From NCBI GenBank assembly GCA_051294375.1, contig JBJCIZ010000239.1, positions 5,971,074 to 6,035,073 on the forward strand: a stretch of DNA of 64,000 bases, in the 5' to 3' direction. A model generated the notes under the pieces. It was not told where the DNA came from. It made no database searches and saw only the letters and a list, made by a program, of their open reading frames with translations. A program made the position numbers and the translations under genes. How positions within the stretch are numbered: position 1 is the stretch's first letter; each line of letters opens with the position of its first letter. Shown in pieces: positions 1 to 14,489 of this stretch. The DNA comes from Paraspadella gotoi (lineage: Eukaryota; Animalia; Chaetognatha).

Positions 1-583
1 ATCTCTTTCCTCCTCTCTTCTTTCTTTCCTTCCTTCTTTCTCTCTCTCCTCTCTCAATTGATTTCTCCTCCTCCTTCTCCTCAACTCCTCTCTTCTTCTT
101 CTCACGTCTCATTCTCTAAGCTTCGACTTAAAATTTCCATTTTCTATTCTGCCATATTTTCTAGTGAAACGAATTTCATGGACAAAGAAGAGAAAAAGAA
201 GAATAAAAAATAAAGAATTAAAAAAACAAAACAAAAAAACAAACAGAGACTGAATAAAAAGCTTTAGAAACTTTGCGCAAACGTAAAATTTAGTAGTAAT
301 GTAGTTTTAATTTTTAACTAATCATGTTTAGAAAAAGGAGGCCAATTTATTACCGTACATTCAATTGACTTCGTTCTACTGATTTAGATTTGATAAAAAA
401 ATTTAAGCTCAAATTTTAAATTCCGAATATACAAACACCCATTTGTCCGAAAGTGACAGTTGTGACAGTTGAAATAGTTGTGACAATTGAAATATTTGCG
501 ACAGTTGAAAGAGTTGTGACAGACGGGAGACAGACGCATCCGCAATAAAGATTTTTATCTTCTCTCCTTTTCTCTCTGCCTTT

Positions 584-790
584 TCGGCCTTATTTTCCCA
601 AAACGGCCCATTTAATTTGAAATTCAGAATAAGATTTAATTTAAGTGAAATATTAGGTTAGATTAGGGTTAGGGATTAGGTAAAGAATTATATTAAGTTT
701 AAGGTTTATGATTAAGCTTAAAGATTTAGGTTAGGGATTAATATTTAGATTAGGCCTTAGTGATTAGTTTATAAACATAAAACTGAAAAG
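584..790. mobile_element. MITE-like family with degenerate telomere-like (TTAGGG) core
   Basis: Starts TCGGCCTTATTTTCCCAAAACGGCCCATTT, has a core of ggttag/agggtt variants, and ends gaaaagaga. About 11 copies in the window. Confidence 0.55.
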
Positions 791-1382
791 AGAACGGTCG
801 CGACACGCGCTGCATAAGTCTATCAGTCGCACAGATTCTAGGTCGCAGCAAAGTCAGCAAAATAGTCACCAAATTTAAACCGCGCTAAATTTTTGGGTCA
901 ATGTGTTCGTATTTTCAGGTGATCACGTGACTTTAAATGTGATAACATATTCACATTAAAAGTCGTTTGTATAGGCTCACTTTTCATACTAAATATGAAG
1001 TAAATTGATGAGTTATTAAATAAGTATTAAGCAATTTTTAACGTTAAGTGGGACAGAGCAATGGACGAACATGACCGACCGAAAAAGTGAAACTCAAAGA
1101 ACAGAGAGTCTCGTGGAAAAAACCCTGGAGGAAACTCGAGGTCAAGGTCGAAGGAAGAAACAGAGGGTGGGGAGAGGGGAGAATTGTGTCGTGGAAATTT
1201 GTGTCGGTCTGTCGGTAAAAATAAAAAGGATTTTTTTTGTCGTGGGAAAGACCGTCGAAGTCGAAATTTAATCAGTCAAAAATACAACATCGCTCTCTCT
1301 GTCTATGTCTCTCTCTCTGTCTTACTTTGTCTCTCTCTCTCTCTCTCTCATTCTCTCTCCTCTCTCTCTCCTCTCTCTCTCG

Positions 1383-1416
<34 letters not shown>

Positions 1417-1914
1417 TGGTTTTTCTTTAGTAATAGACATGAAACCGTTCTTAATCGCGAACATTGTGTTGTATTGACTTATTATTTCTTTTCCATACTT
1501 TAATTGAAACATATTTTCATTTATATGATAGTTTTTATAGCTGTGAGTCTGTTGTTGAAATCTAGTTTTCTCAAAAATTGTGTTTACAGTAACCGTTACT
1601 TCTAATTTTTACCATTTAACCATTTTAACATTTTAACATTGAACGACGTGACTAAAAAGGTCGTATAGGCCGCGGAGTGGTGTTGCCATGACCGTATCCG
1701 TGTATTTCATTTCAATGTCATCTCATTCATTCATTTCTATCTTCTCCTGTGCGATAACCAAAGCCTTTCTCTACTCTTTCCTTTTTTTCTCATTTTTTCT
1801 TCTTTTTTTACTCAATATAATCGCGATACTTTTTTCTTTTTTCTCGTTGTAGTTGTTGTATTTTGCCGAAAAAACCGAATTTAAGGCGCGAGCACGCAGG
1901 AACAACTCGGGCGT

Positions 1915-2570
1915 GTTGAAACGACGACGATTAATGGCGACGATAACTGACGACAACTAAAATGATGAGGACAATGACGACCACGACGACGATGATGCTG
2001 ATGATAACGACCAAGATGATGAAGACAAAAAACGACAATAATGACGATGATAACGACCAAGATGATGAAGACAACGATGACAACAATGACGATGATAACT
2101 ATCAAGACGATGAAGACAACGACGACAACGACGAGGATGATGGCGACAATAACAACGACGACCAAAATGAAAACAATGACGACAATGAAGACAATGATGG
2201 CGTCAATAACAACCAAGATGAAGACAAGACAACAATAATGACGATGATGCCGACGATAATGACCAGGATGATAAAAAACGACGACGATAACGACGACGAT
2301 TACGACGACGATGGCGACGACGATGGCGACAACGACGACGATGAAGGTTTGATGAGAATAATGATGACGACGACAATAACGACAATGATGACGGTTTGTC
2401 AAAGATAATGACGAGAATAAAGAAAAAGGCGACGATGATGACAATGAAGATTTGACGAGGATAATGATGACAATGACGATGACGACGATGACGACGACAA
2501 TAAAAGTTTGACGATGACGACGACGACGACGAATACAACGTGGGCGACGACGACGACGACGACGACGACA
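1915..2570. repeat. compound (GAC/GAT/AAC)n minisatellite
   Basis: Higher-order units such as gacgatgataacgaccaagatgatgaagacaa; the reading frame switches between D/N-rich and T/M-rich. Confidence 0.75.
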
Positions 2571-3163
2571 AAGGAAGCGGGCCCCAGATGTTTGGTTGGC
2601 GAAAAAAAATTAAAGGACGAAAAAACTTAAAGGAGAAAAAAAGAAAGGATAAGAAAAGAAAAGAAAAAAGACAAAAAAAAATAAAAAAGAAAAGAGAAAA
2701 AAAGAAAAAAAGAAAATGAAAAAAAAGAAAAGAAAAGAGAAGAAAAGGGAAAAAAAGAAAAGAAATGAAAAACAAAAACGGAAATTCAAATGTGCTGCGC
2801 AGCAGTGACTGCCTTATCACGAGTATTTCTCAAGACGTGACATGACATTACTTGACATGACGCTACATGACATGACATGCGCTAGCAGACACTTTGATTT
2901 GAGGTTTTTTTTCTGTCTTAACAAATGAGCAATCATTAACTATAGGCAAATTATATGCATTTTTAACGTAAGTGGGACAGACCCACTGACAGACATACCG
3001 ACTGACCGACCGACGGACAGACCGACTGACAGACATACCGACCGACCGACGGACCGACCAAAAAGTGCAACTAAAAAGAGAGGAGAAGAGAAGAGAAGAA
3101 AAGAGAAGAAAAAATGGTCTCGAAATGAGATACAAAAGGGGTCGTAGTCTTTGCCGGTCCTAG

Positions 3164-3891
3164 ACTCCAAAGCCGTATCCTCCACCATCAACAGCCCCAT
3201 CAAACTCCATCAGTAACGAGACCGGTTGTCAAGCCGCTGCCGCCGATGACGCCGCTGCCGTCGCAGCCGCGTCGCTAGCTATACCTCTGAGACACCAAGT
3301 GACAATAGCCTTTGTATGAAATTGGTACAACCAATATAAAAAGTATCTATTAATTTAATAAACAAGCCAAAATGACCCTTACTTTGCACAGGCTATGTTG
3401 ATATATATATAATATATATAATATAAAGATAGGTCGTTATAATTTCATTATATGGTAAATAAACAAGTGTTGAAGCCACTTGATATGAACTTATATATTG
3501 TCTTGGGTGAAAGTTAACAGTCGTATTACCCAAGTTTCAAGTTTTNNNNNNNNNNCACAAGGATGTACTAACTTTCCTTCCCCCCCTCTTGGACTGACTG
3601 ACTGACTGCGATGTACGTCGAGATCAGGACTACTTCTCTAAATTCATCGACATCCTTCAAACGTTTGAGAAGATGGTGAGTTTATTTTGCGAAGATAATA
3701 CAGTTTATAGACTGACACACCTGTATAGTAAAGGAAATTTCCTTTCAAAACTCGTTTAGGTCTCAACGCTCAACCAAGACGAGTCCCCTCACTCCCGCCT
3801 TACCATAGCCTCACCAATGCCACCCTGCGATACCCACCCCCAAACCGCCACCACCTCGCTTCATCTAGAAACGCTAGAGTTTCCAGAATAG
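3164..3891 (+). CDS. 3' terminal exons of an unidentified protein-coding gene (partial)
   Basis: Three AG/GT-bounded phase-0 exons, 3164-3298, 3628-3675 and 3760-3891, join in frame: TPKPYPPPSTAPSNSISNETGCQAAAADDAAAVAAASLAIPLRHQ|DYFSKFIDILQTFEKM|VSTLNQDESPHSRL...LEFPE*. No recognisable domain; upstream exons not found. Confidence 0.5.
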
Positions 3892-3941
3892 AATGGTTCC
3901 AAACAAGAGTCCGAAGCCTTTCTTGGGTCGGGGATCTACTA

Positions 3942-4025
<84 letters not shown>

Positions 4026-7000
4026 GTTGACAAAGCATTTTCTTTGAAAGACTTTTCTAAAGTGGCTATACTAGGACCTATCAAAAGAAAACCCACCGCG
4101 AAAGTAACATTTCCCGAATGTATATATATTAGGGCGGCGAACAGGTTGAAACTAGAAAAGTCTGCTAAATATTTGGTCAAACTATATAAAAGTGATCATG
4201 AGAATAAAAAACAAGTTACAAACATGGGGGAAATTTTAAATTATTAAATACTCTATACATATTATGAAAATTTATCAAATTTTAATTTTTTTGTTGGTTT
4301 ATGATAGAAGAAAGAACAATTAGATTAAATTATTTGTACCTTTTTAAAAATTTTATGTTTTCATTGGTAAAAAACAATAAAAAGCTATATAATAGGAAGC
4401 CGCAGTCTATAGAAAAAGAAGCGCAGTTGAGCTTTTTCTTATATTATTTATATCGATAGATGTGAATGACGGGAATATTGTAAATCTCAAGTTTCGCTTT
4501 AAACTCGGACCTCACATTGTGAGAAACTCTAGGAAACCCATCAAAATTCACCCCTTTTTTCAAACATTTCTCTGCCTATTAGATTTTCGCCCGATTCCTG
4601 AATAAAAGGCTTGGGGTCATGATGATTAAGGTTGGGTCATGATATAAAGGGTGGCGTCATGATATAAATCTCAACCTAAATACACGACCATGTGCCCAAA
4701 AAAGGAGACCCAAAAACATTAAGAAATAACATCAAGTTAAATTCCTTTAAAATTAACGAATTATAAGTGAATAATCATTAAAACAAAGTTTGTTATTTAA
4801 AAAGTTTTATATTAGTTTAATAACTATTTATGTAAATTTGGCTAATAAGCAAAGAGCAGAAGAAAATTGATGTATTTTTATCCTCTTGTGTTTGAGGTAC
4901 CTGGACCTTTTCCTTCCTTTCTTACACTTCCTTCTTCTCCATTTCTTTACCTTTCTAACTCCTTTCCCTTCTTCTCCTTTCCTTTCTTCTCCTTTCATCT
5001 CCTCCTCTGTTTTTCTTTAACTTCCTTTTAATCTTATTCCATCTTTTCCCTTTCCTTTCCTTTCCATTTCCTTTCTCTTTTTTCACTTCTATCCCTAATT
5101 CCTTTTCTCTCCTTTCCTTTTACATCCATCTTTTTTTCCTTTCCTCCTTCCTCCCTTCTCTGGAGATCCGCCAAATCGGTTCCGACGGCGACAAAGGAAA
5201 TCGAGAAATAAATGGATTCGATTGCGGAGGTGGACGTCTTTGTTTCTTCCATAGTCGTAATCAGAGCCAAGACTCCGGGAGAAGACTCGCTGCTCCTAGC
5301 GACATCTTTGGAGAATATATTTTTTTTTCAATAAAGAAATAAGAAGGCGAAATGATCATTCCAAGCGGAATTTTGTTTGTTTTGTTTGCGTATTTACAAT
5401 AATTCAACTTAACAAGTGTTATAGCATTTTATTATTTCCAAATTATAATTTTGATAGTATTATTCCATCTAAAATCAAGACGATGATAACAGTGAAGTAG
5501 GAAGCCGCTATAAGAAAAAGAAGCCAGTACTTTTTTCCTATATTTTTATATCGAGAGATTGGAATCGACGGGAATCTTGTAATCTTCAAGTTTCGCTTTA
5601 ATCGGACCTCACATTCAGTGGAGAAATCTTAGGAAACCCATCAAAATCCAACCCCTTTCTTTTCAAACATCTCTTCGCCTTTAAGCATTTCGCCGATTCC
5701 TGACCTTCCTCTTACAAACTTACTAATTCCGCTAGTTAATTTTTTTTCTTAAACGAGCGACAGGAATCCATAACTTTCTGTTATTTTATGATTTCTGCGT
5801 AAAAAAATATAATGAATAACATTAACATTGGGATATTATGAAATTTAAAAAATGTCTTGTTGAAGCCGGTGAGAGTTAAATAATTAAAAGATTCGCCTAT
5901 CTTATTATTGAACAATGAACATTAAAGTGAAGGTAGTTGAACGTCTTCCAGCTCATTTCAGTAAACATCCGCTGTTCTCCTAACATAAAAATTAATGTTT
6001 ACTTTTATGCTGGTAGGAAAAGAAAGATAAATAGTTAGGCCGCTGATGGGTGAATAATATTTTGTAGAAATTTTGTAAGCATGCTTGTAATATCAGTGAA
6101 GCAAATATTTAAGTGAAAAAAAATTATATTTTCTTTATCCAAAAACTTTAAAGTTTACTATAGTAACAATTTAGCCTTTGTTTTCTTTCAGATCACTAAA
6201 AAGCAAATTTAATTTTCATTTATTTTTATGGGGTTTCTTTAGTTTTAAAATTCAATTATAATTTTTGACTTAGTTTGACAATCACCCTGTAAAAAGCAGG
6301 TTTCCAGCAAAAAATAATTCTAATATTGTAACTTGTATGTGCCTAATGATTATGGCTTCATTTTGGTACTATTGCCATCCCTGTATCTTTGTTCCTTCAA
6401 GAAGATATCAAGGAAAAATCAGTTTTTTCTCTCCAACCTTCCTTTATCTTATTAAATAAAAATTTCATGTTGTCAAACCAGACCATGGACTTTACCAATG
6501 TGTTTACTATGAAGAGTTTGGTCAATAATAAAAGAAAATTTGGCAAGCTCGTTGAGACAAGAGGCTTTTTAAATCTCAAATCGAAGTAATATTTATAATG
6601 CTTAACAATACCAGCCCCGTTTACAATTTTTGAAAAAGCAAAAATTTCCACTTCATTTCTATAGTAAAAACAAGGTTTGAAAATTCTGCCCGGAGATGAC
6701 TAGTGCATTTTCCCCTGCGCTTGTTTGATATTAAATCCTATTATCAAATGCCATAAGACGAATTTGCTAGCTCTTAAGATATAACGCTATCGGAATCAGT
6801 GTGTTTTTTACAAATGTTTTTTTACCGAATTTCTTGGCAATCTCGTTTGAATTTGGGTAGTCAGATTTTAAACGGAAATCTCTATTAGAAAAATGTTGAA
6901 CTTTTTTTTAAGCAGAGATTCTTAAGTCTATATTAAATTTGTCAATAAATTATGATCATTTTTAACCGATCTAATCAAAAAAAAATTTTTCAATAGTTGT

Positions 7001-7799
7001 AATGATAAATTTTTATTAATTTTTTTAGTTTTAATCTGTATCAGTTCTTAAAATTATAAAATTATAATAACACTTTTTAACTATTCCTTGTATATTGCTA
7101 AATATTCGAACGCTTCAGTGCGTCAATAAAACAAAGTAACTTAAAAATTGATATATAAGATTGATTTAGTGACGAAAAGACAAACGGAATTTAATTGCTG
7201 AATATTTTATATCGTAAAATTTTTTTTTAAATCTGGTCCACCTTAATATATAATATCCCGAGTTGGCTATTTTCTTGTCATTTGTTTGTTTGTTTGTCAT
7301 TCGATTATTTTTAGAAAATTGGGAAGTTGCGTTGCTTCCTTTCTTTTCTCTTTCTTTCTTATTTTTCTTCTTTTTAAAAACAAAACAAAACAAAAACAAT
7401 CCCTGTTTTTTTTCGTGTATTTCTTTTATTTTTGTGTATATTCGTGTATATTCGTGTATATTCGCTAATATTCTTTTATACTTTGTAATGTTTTCTTATA
7501 TTTTAATAAATTTTATGGTACGCATTATCCTAGTATATTTTTTATGTAATTGTACATATGAAAAACATAAAAAAAAATTATCCCTTAATTTAATAAATAA
7601 GCCGTCTTGATCCTGTCTATGGACAGACTTTGGTGCTTTATATTTTTGGGTATTTTCTAAAACAGTTTTTGAGATTTTAGAAACAAAGACGAGCAAGTGT
7701 GAAACTCTCCTACTTTTTCAAAATTTTTAAAAAGCGAAGAAGGCAGAGCGTAAAACTGGAGAGGCGAGAGGGAGAAGATGGAAAGACAAAGAGTGAGAG

Positions 7800-8050
7800 A
7801 GAGAATAGATGGGAAAAGTGAATAGAGATGGGAGAGAATAGATGGGAAAAGTGAGTAGAGATGGAAGTGAATAGATGGGAAAAGTGAGTATAGATGGGAG
7901 TTAATAGATGGGAAAAGTGAGTAGAGATGAGAGAGATAGATGGAAAAAGAACCTAGATGGGGAAAAGTGAGTAGAGATGGAAGTGAATAGATGGGAAAAG
8001 TGAGTAGATATGGGAGATAATAGATGGGAAAAGTGAGTAGACATGGGAGA
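7800..8050. repeat. ~33-bp tandem repeat
   Basis: About 7 copies of aatagatgggaaaagtgagtagagatgg. Confidence 0.8.
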
Positions 8051-8299
8051 GAACGAGTTGGGAGGAAAAAGTCTTTTGTTTAGTCGCGACCCAAATTTTT
8101 CGAACTCGAGTTTTCCTCCGAGAGAGGTCGACGTTTTCGATGTCAAATCCGTCGTTGTTGTTGTCGTCGTTGTCGTTGTAGTTGTCGTTGTTATCTTTTC
8201 TCTCGATTCTCGAGTCTTTTGACATCTTTTCAGGCCACTCACTACATTGAGTAACGGTTCAGTAGATACATCTAATTTTTGTCAATATATTCTCGATTG

Positions 8300-10873
8300 A
8301 GAGCGTCGTGCCAGTTCTAACTATTCCGTACACACTTATACTAGGAGAGCGAGTGCTTTTATCATCCTATGAGAAAGAGATGCGGTCACCAGAGCGATGC
8401 CCTCATACCTTCCCTTCGTGCGTGCGTCTCAACGTGCTCGGTACATACTTCGTTCCTCGTTCAAATCATCCCGAGCGTGCCTCTGAGTGCGTCGTACGTG
8501 CGCGACTCACTCACGAGTCTCGCCGATCTAAGCAACACACTCACTCTCTCCTCGTTTTATACCAAAATGCTATCTTCCACTTCTCACACAGCGTGGGCCA
8601 AGATTATAAGATGGTCATATACTATGAGCTCTCTGCTTAAATCCACCGTCAAAAAAAATATTTAATATAACAGAAACGATGCGGAGAGATTCTCGAGAGC
8701 GATCCTGCTGTCTGCGCGCTACGCCAGAGATTCACTATTGTTGACTTATTCTACAATCAAAATTGTCACCAGGTCTGAAGATCGCCCGGTCTGTAAAGCG
8801 CATTCAGCCGCTCGAGGTCTAGAGATGCGTGATGTGTTAGAGGGTATTGTATGTATTGTATGTAGAATGAAGAGAGAGGAGGATGTAGTATGAGAGAGAT
8901 GGGAGAAAGTGAAGTGTTATGAGGAGAACGAGAGAGGCGGAGAGCAATGAGTAGAGCAGGAGAGAGAGGGAAAGGGAGAGGTGTCATGAGAGAGTGGGAG
9001 AAAGTGAGGGAGGGAGAGAGAGGGAGAAGAGACGAGAGGGGAGAGGGAGAAGGTGTAATGAGAGAGTTGTGAGAGAAAAGGAGGAAGGGGAGGAGAAAAG
9101 AGAGAGAGAGAAGAAAGAGTAAGAAAGAAAGAAAAAAAAATAAGAAACTAAAAACAAAGAAAGAAAGAAAAAGAAAGAAAGAGAAGAAAGAATAGAAAGA
9201 AAGAAAGAAAGAAAGAAAAAGAAAGAAAGAAAGAAAGAAAAAGAAAGAAAGAAAGAAAAGAAAGAAAAAAGAAAGAAGAAAGACGCGAAACGGTTACCTT
9301 CATTTATCAAAAATGCTTCACGATTCTAAGAAATGAAGTCATTTTCTTTCCCTTTTCTTTACGCCCTTCAAGTCCTTCCACGTTCCTTTCGATCATCAAA
9401 GAATAGATTTTTTTTTAAAATATTAAAATATTTTTAAAAACTAATTAAGTATTGTAACGAAGACCAGAAGGAAAAAACTTTCATCTCACGACTAAATTGC
9501 GTCAAACGAACCTTTTTTTTTTTAATATCTGCCTTTCGAAGTAACTTTTAAATCTCCCCTTAGGGTTACATTGAAGGGACTCGAGGCGACTCGAATAAAA
9601 ATAACGAAAAACATCGTCTGAATTATGGGCACTCTTTTCCGAGCGCGCCCCTTTTGGATTCTAATCTTAAACTTAATTTTAACCTTATAATTTTAGCTTG
9701 CATCTTTGTCCAAAAGTTTAAAACAATCCCTAAATCTTATACCTTAACCTAAATGCCGAAACTTCAATCCCTAATTCCCTACTCTATCCCTAACCTTATT
9801 TGTAACCTTTAACTCTAATCGCCTGACTCTGATCACCTAATCTGTTATTTGACGCCTGATCCCTAATCCTTTTTGTTTAACCTTTAACTCTAATCCCTGA
9901 CCCCTGATCCCTAAGGCAACTACAAACCAAAATTCCTAACCTTAACCTCCCTATCCTTTTACCTCAGCCTCTTTTTCCCGAGTCGCGTCCCACGTTTTGG
10001 ATTCTTAATCAATTTAACATTTTAACGCATATAATTTAGGGCTTGCATCTTTGTTCAAATTAGTAAATCAGATCCTAAGCCGTTATACCTAAACGCCTAA
10101 TCCCAAACTTCATTCTAATGTCCCTGACGCATGATCCCTAAACCTTATTTGATAAAGCTTTTACTCTAATCCCGTGAACCCTAAACAAAACTAGCAGACC
10201 AAATTCCTAACTTAAACCTCCCTATCGCTTTTACCTTAGACTCACGTCAAATAAATAAACTTAAAACTTGTTCTGAATTTAAAGTTAAAATGAAGCGCTT
10301 TTGGAAAAGAAGGGCCCGAATTATGGACGATGACGGGGACGACGACGTTCTCGGGCGTCAACGGAGTTCTTCCGACAATCTTCGGTTATCTAGGTGCACA
10401 CTGAATGAATGAATTATCTCTAAATGTAACTTTTAATTCCTTCAAGTCCATTACTTTAATTTTTGTACATTCTTAAAATTAATGTTCTCTGCTCTCTTCC
10501 TCTCTCTCCTCTCATGCTCTCTCTCTCTCTCTTCGTCTCTCTCGTCTCTCTCCGTCTCTCTGCCTTCGTCGGTGTCTTTGAAGCGAGGGTATCGCGAGTC
10601 ACTCTAGACGGTTGAATCTCTCTACATGGAAGATGTGTTCCTTTTCGTCAAGTCTCTGTCCTATCGTCTTCGGTATCTCTGCTCTCCTGTTTGCCAATAT
10701 TGTTTTTAAATCATCGCGCTGATGAAGTGACACAACACACGAAAAAACAAAAGAGATGCGAAGCGACGGTCGTCGTTTTTTAATTGTCAAAAAATTCGAT
10801 GTTTTCATAGTAATCAAGCATTAGTCATCATTGGTTTTGAGTTATCATTAGGCATTGCCTTGGCTGACCGCGC
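8300..10873 (+). other. degraded direct duplicate of about 11850-15470, lacking the MULE (likely second haplotype or noisy gap fill)
   Basis: Colinear with 12590-13575 and 15043-15465 including F-box exon 1. Many 1-bp indels; ends at an N gap. Confidence 0.75.
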
Positions 10874-10899
10874 NNNNNNNNNNNNNNNNNNNNNNNNNT

Positions 10900-11000
<101 letters not shown>

Positions 11001-11120
11001 CCTTTTCACCACACACATTCTCACTCTCCCTTCAACTCTTTCTCTCTGGCCCCTATTATATTTATCTCTCTTTTTTCCTCGCGCACTCCCCGGCGACGAG
11101 AGAGAAAGAAAGAGAGAGAG

Positions 11121-11211
<91 letters not shown>

Positions 11212-12128
11212 TCACGTGATTTCATTTGCATTTTTTGGTTCGTCATCGTCCTCGTCATCATCATATCCAACGCCGCCGACGTTATTGTCGTTAAAGTCGT
11301 TGTCGTCGTCGTCATCGTCGTCGTCGACGGAGTGTAAAAAAATGTCGGTTTCGAAGAGGTGAAGAAAGACAGACACGTCGCGTATTGCGAAAGACAGAAC
11401 AGAAAGAAAGACAGAAAGAAAGACAGACAGAAAGACAGACAGAAAGAAAGACAGACACGTCGCGTATTGCGAACTCGATGGTCAATTGGACTTGAACAAT
11501 GAACATGTCGATCGTCGTGAATTCTGTTATATAGTAATAGATGAACATATTAAACAAAAACGGAGATTCAAGTGTGTTCCGCAGTGTCTTAGAAGAGTAG
11601 TATTTCCGTATACACACGCAGTGCATACTAGGAAATATCTTTAAAAAAAAAAAAAAAAAAACAAAAAAGAGCAACTAAATATCTGGGCATTTGAATTTTG
11701 GGTCTACAATATTTCATACAATCCTCCATAATTATGTTATATTATACCTTCCTACGAAAATATGAGCTCCTTACCCGAATATTACCCGAGATATAAGCAT
11801 CTTTAACGTAAGTAGGACAGATCGACTAATAACAGACATACCGACCGACCACAAAAAGTGAGTAGAGTTTCTCCGCAACTAAAAAATCGAAAATATCGAT
11901 CACAAGAGAAAAAATTATGGTTGTACCCCAAAACATCCGATCTTTCTCCATCAACATCCTCAACTTATCCCAGCATTGTCAAACCGATCCTTCTCCATCA
12001 ACATCGCTCAACTTACCCAACATTGTCAAACCGATCCTTCTCCATCAACATCCGTCAAACTTCAAGCCATCCGGGTTTTACCGTGGACGTCCGAGCGATG
12101 CTTCTTTCTTTCTCTCTTCTCTCTCTCT

Positions 12129-12207
<79 letters not shown>

Positions 12208-12715
12208 GTTTTTTTATGTTTTTCCAGTCTCCACGCGATGGATGTCTTTCCTCGGAATTTTTTTTTTTCAACAAAAGGCGGCGTTGGAATCTGCCGTCCC
12301 TGACGATTCATGACGAGTCTCAACAAAATGAGCAACGAGTGAAGGCATTCAAGCCGTGCTGAGCGTGAGGGAGAGGGAGAGAGAGAGAGGGAGAAGGAGA
12401 GGTGTTATGAGAGAGTGGGAGAAAGTGAGGGAGGGAGAGAGAGGGAGAAAGAGAGAGAGGGAAAGGGAGAGGTGTCATGAGAGAGTGGGAGAAAGTAGGG
12501 AGGGAGAAGGAGAGAGAGAGGGGAAAGGGGAGAGGTGTCATAAGAGAGTGGAGAAAGTGAGGAGAGAGAGGGAGAAAGAGAGAGGGGGATAGGAGAAGGT
12601 GGTATGAGAGAGTGGGAGAAAAGGAGGAAGGGAGAGGGAAAAGAGAGAGAGAGAAAAGAGTAAGAAAGAAGAGCGAAAAAAATAAGAAACTAAAAACAAA
12701 GAAAGAAAACAAGAA

Positions 12716-12755
<40 letters not shown>

Positions 12756-13155
12756 AGAAAGAAAGAAAGAAAGAAAGAAAGAAGAAGAAAGAAAGAAAGA
12801 GAAAGAAGAACGCGAAACGGTTACCTTCATTTATCAAAAATCCTTCACGATTTCTAAGAAATGAAGTCATTTTCTTTTCCCTTTTCTTTACGCCCTTCAA
12901 GTCCTTCCACGTTCCTTTCGATCATCAAAGAATAGATTTTTTAAAAATATTAAAATATTTATAAAACTAATTAAGTATTGTAACGAAGACAGAAGGAAAA
13001 AACGTCATCTCACGACTAAATTGCGTCAAACGAACCTTTTTATTTTTCAATATCTGCTTTCGAAGTAACTTTTAAATCTCGACCTTAGGGTTACATTGAG
13101 GGACTACGAGCGACTCGAATAAAAATAACGGAAAAAAAATCCGTTGAATTATGGG

Positions 13156-14444
13156 CACTCTTTTCCGAGCGCGCCCCCTTTTGGATTCCTAATCCTTAAA
13201 CTTAATTTTAACCTTATAATTTAGCTTGCATCTTTGTCCAAAAGTTTAAAACAATCCCTAATTCTTATACCTTACCGTAACCCCAAACTTCAATCCCTAT
13301 TCCTAACTCTATATCCCTAACCTTATTTGGTAACCTTTAACTCTAATCCCTAAGCCTGATCTCTAATATTATTTGTTAACCTTTAACTCTAATCCCTGAC
13401 CCTGATCCCTAACCCTATTTGTTAACCTTAACTCGATCCCTGACTGATCCCTAACTAGCTTTAATAACCTGACCCTGATCCCTTAGCAAAACTACAACCA
13501 AATTCCTAACCTTAACCTCCCTATCCTTTTACCCTTAACCTTTAACCTAAACTTAAAACTTGTCTGAATTTAAGTAGAGATGAGCATCGTTCGAATCGAA
13601 GCTCCGATCAAGATTCCTTTATATTTCACTTCTATTCAAAACTGCATAGTCAGGCCAAAACAAATTATGTCAATATGGGCAGATTTCGAAAGCTTGGCGT
13701 CTTGGGAAGCCAATGGAGTAGAGCGCGATCGAAATTCCCATTTTATCATGCCCAAAAATGGTATTTAAATGGACTGGTCAGGCCGTTTTTTCCCTATTCT
13801 AAGAAAACCTCCTGGCTTTGAGTAAAAAAGACCAAATCATACATATTAGTACAGTTTCCGAAACCTTATTGTCTTCTCTACATGATGAAAAAAAGCAAAA
13901 TTAAAATTCTTGCAATCTTAATTGCTTGATAAAGCAATCAAATGAACTGGTTTTTTAGGTGAAAACTGCATAGTCAAGCCTTCATTTTTTCAATTTGATC
14001 ACAATTGACAGAAACTGTATTGATTTTACTATTCAAATCAGGTAGAGCGCGGGCTTAATTCAAAAGCGTTTTCTCAATATAATGCAAAATTTAAAAAAAG
14101 TCCAATAAAAACTATTAAAAAACAAAAATCGTCGCACAGTGTTGCTTGTGAGTTCAAAATGCTAGAAAAATAAATTTTTAAATTTTTTATATTATTATAT
14201 TATATATAAAATATTTATATAAATATAATTATAGTATTAAAAATAAATTTTTTTATTCAATCTGAGAAAGGTAGTACTATATATTAGAAAATATATATAT
14301 ATATAAAAATATATTTTACAATAAAATTAATTAATTTTTTTATTATGGATAATTAAAAAATATAAGATTAAAATAAAATTTTATTTTAATAAAATATAAT
14401 AATCATATTAAATATAATAAATCAAAAAAATTATTTTTTTTATT

Positions 14445-14489
<45 letters not shown>

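Noticed and set aside
1881-2820. Long ORFs rich in D/N, T/M or V/I
   Set aside because: Products of a compound trinucleotide minisatellite; the frame switches and there are no splice links to neighbouring exons.
6389-6900. Short AT-rich ORFs suggesting a TE coding remnant
   Set aside because: No RT, transposase or helicase motif recognised; multiple stops.
8308-8665. Complex-looking 98-110 aa ORFs
   Set aside because: The region appears to be a heavily error-laden copy of about 11850-12360.
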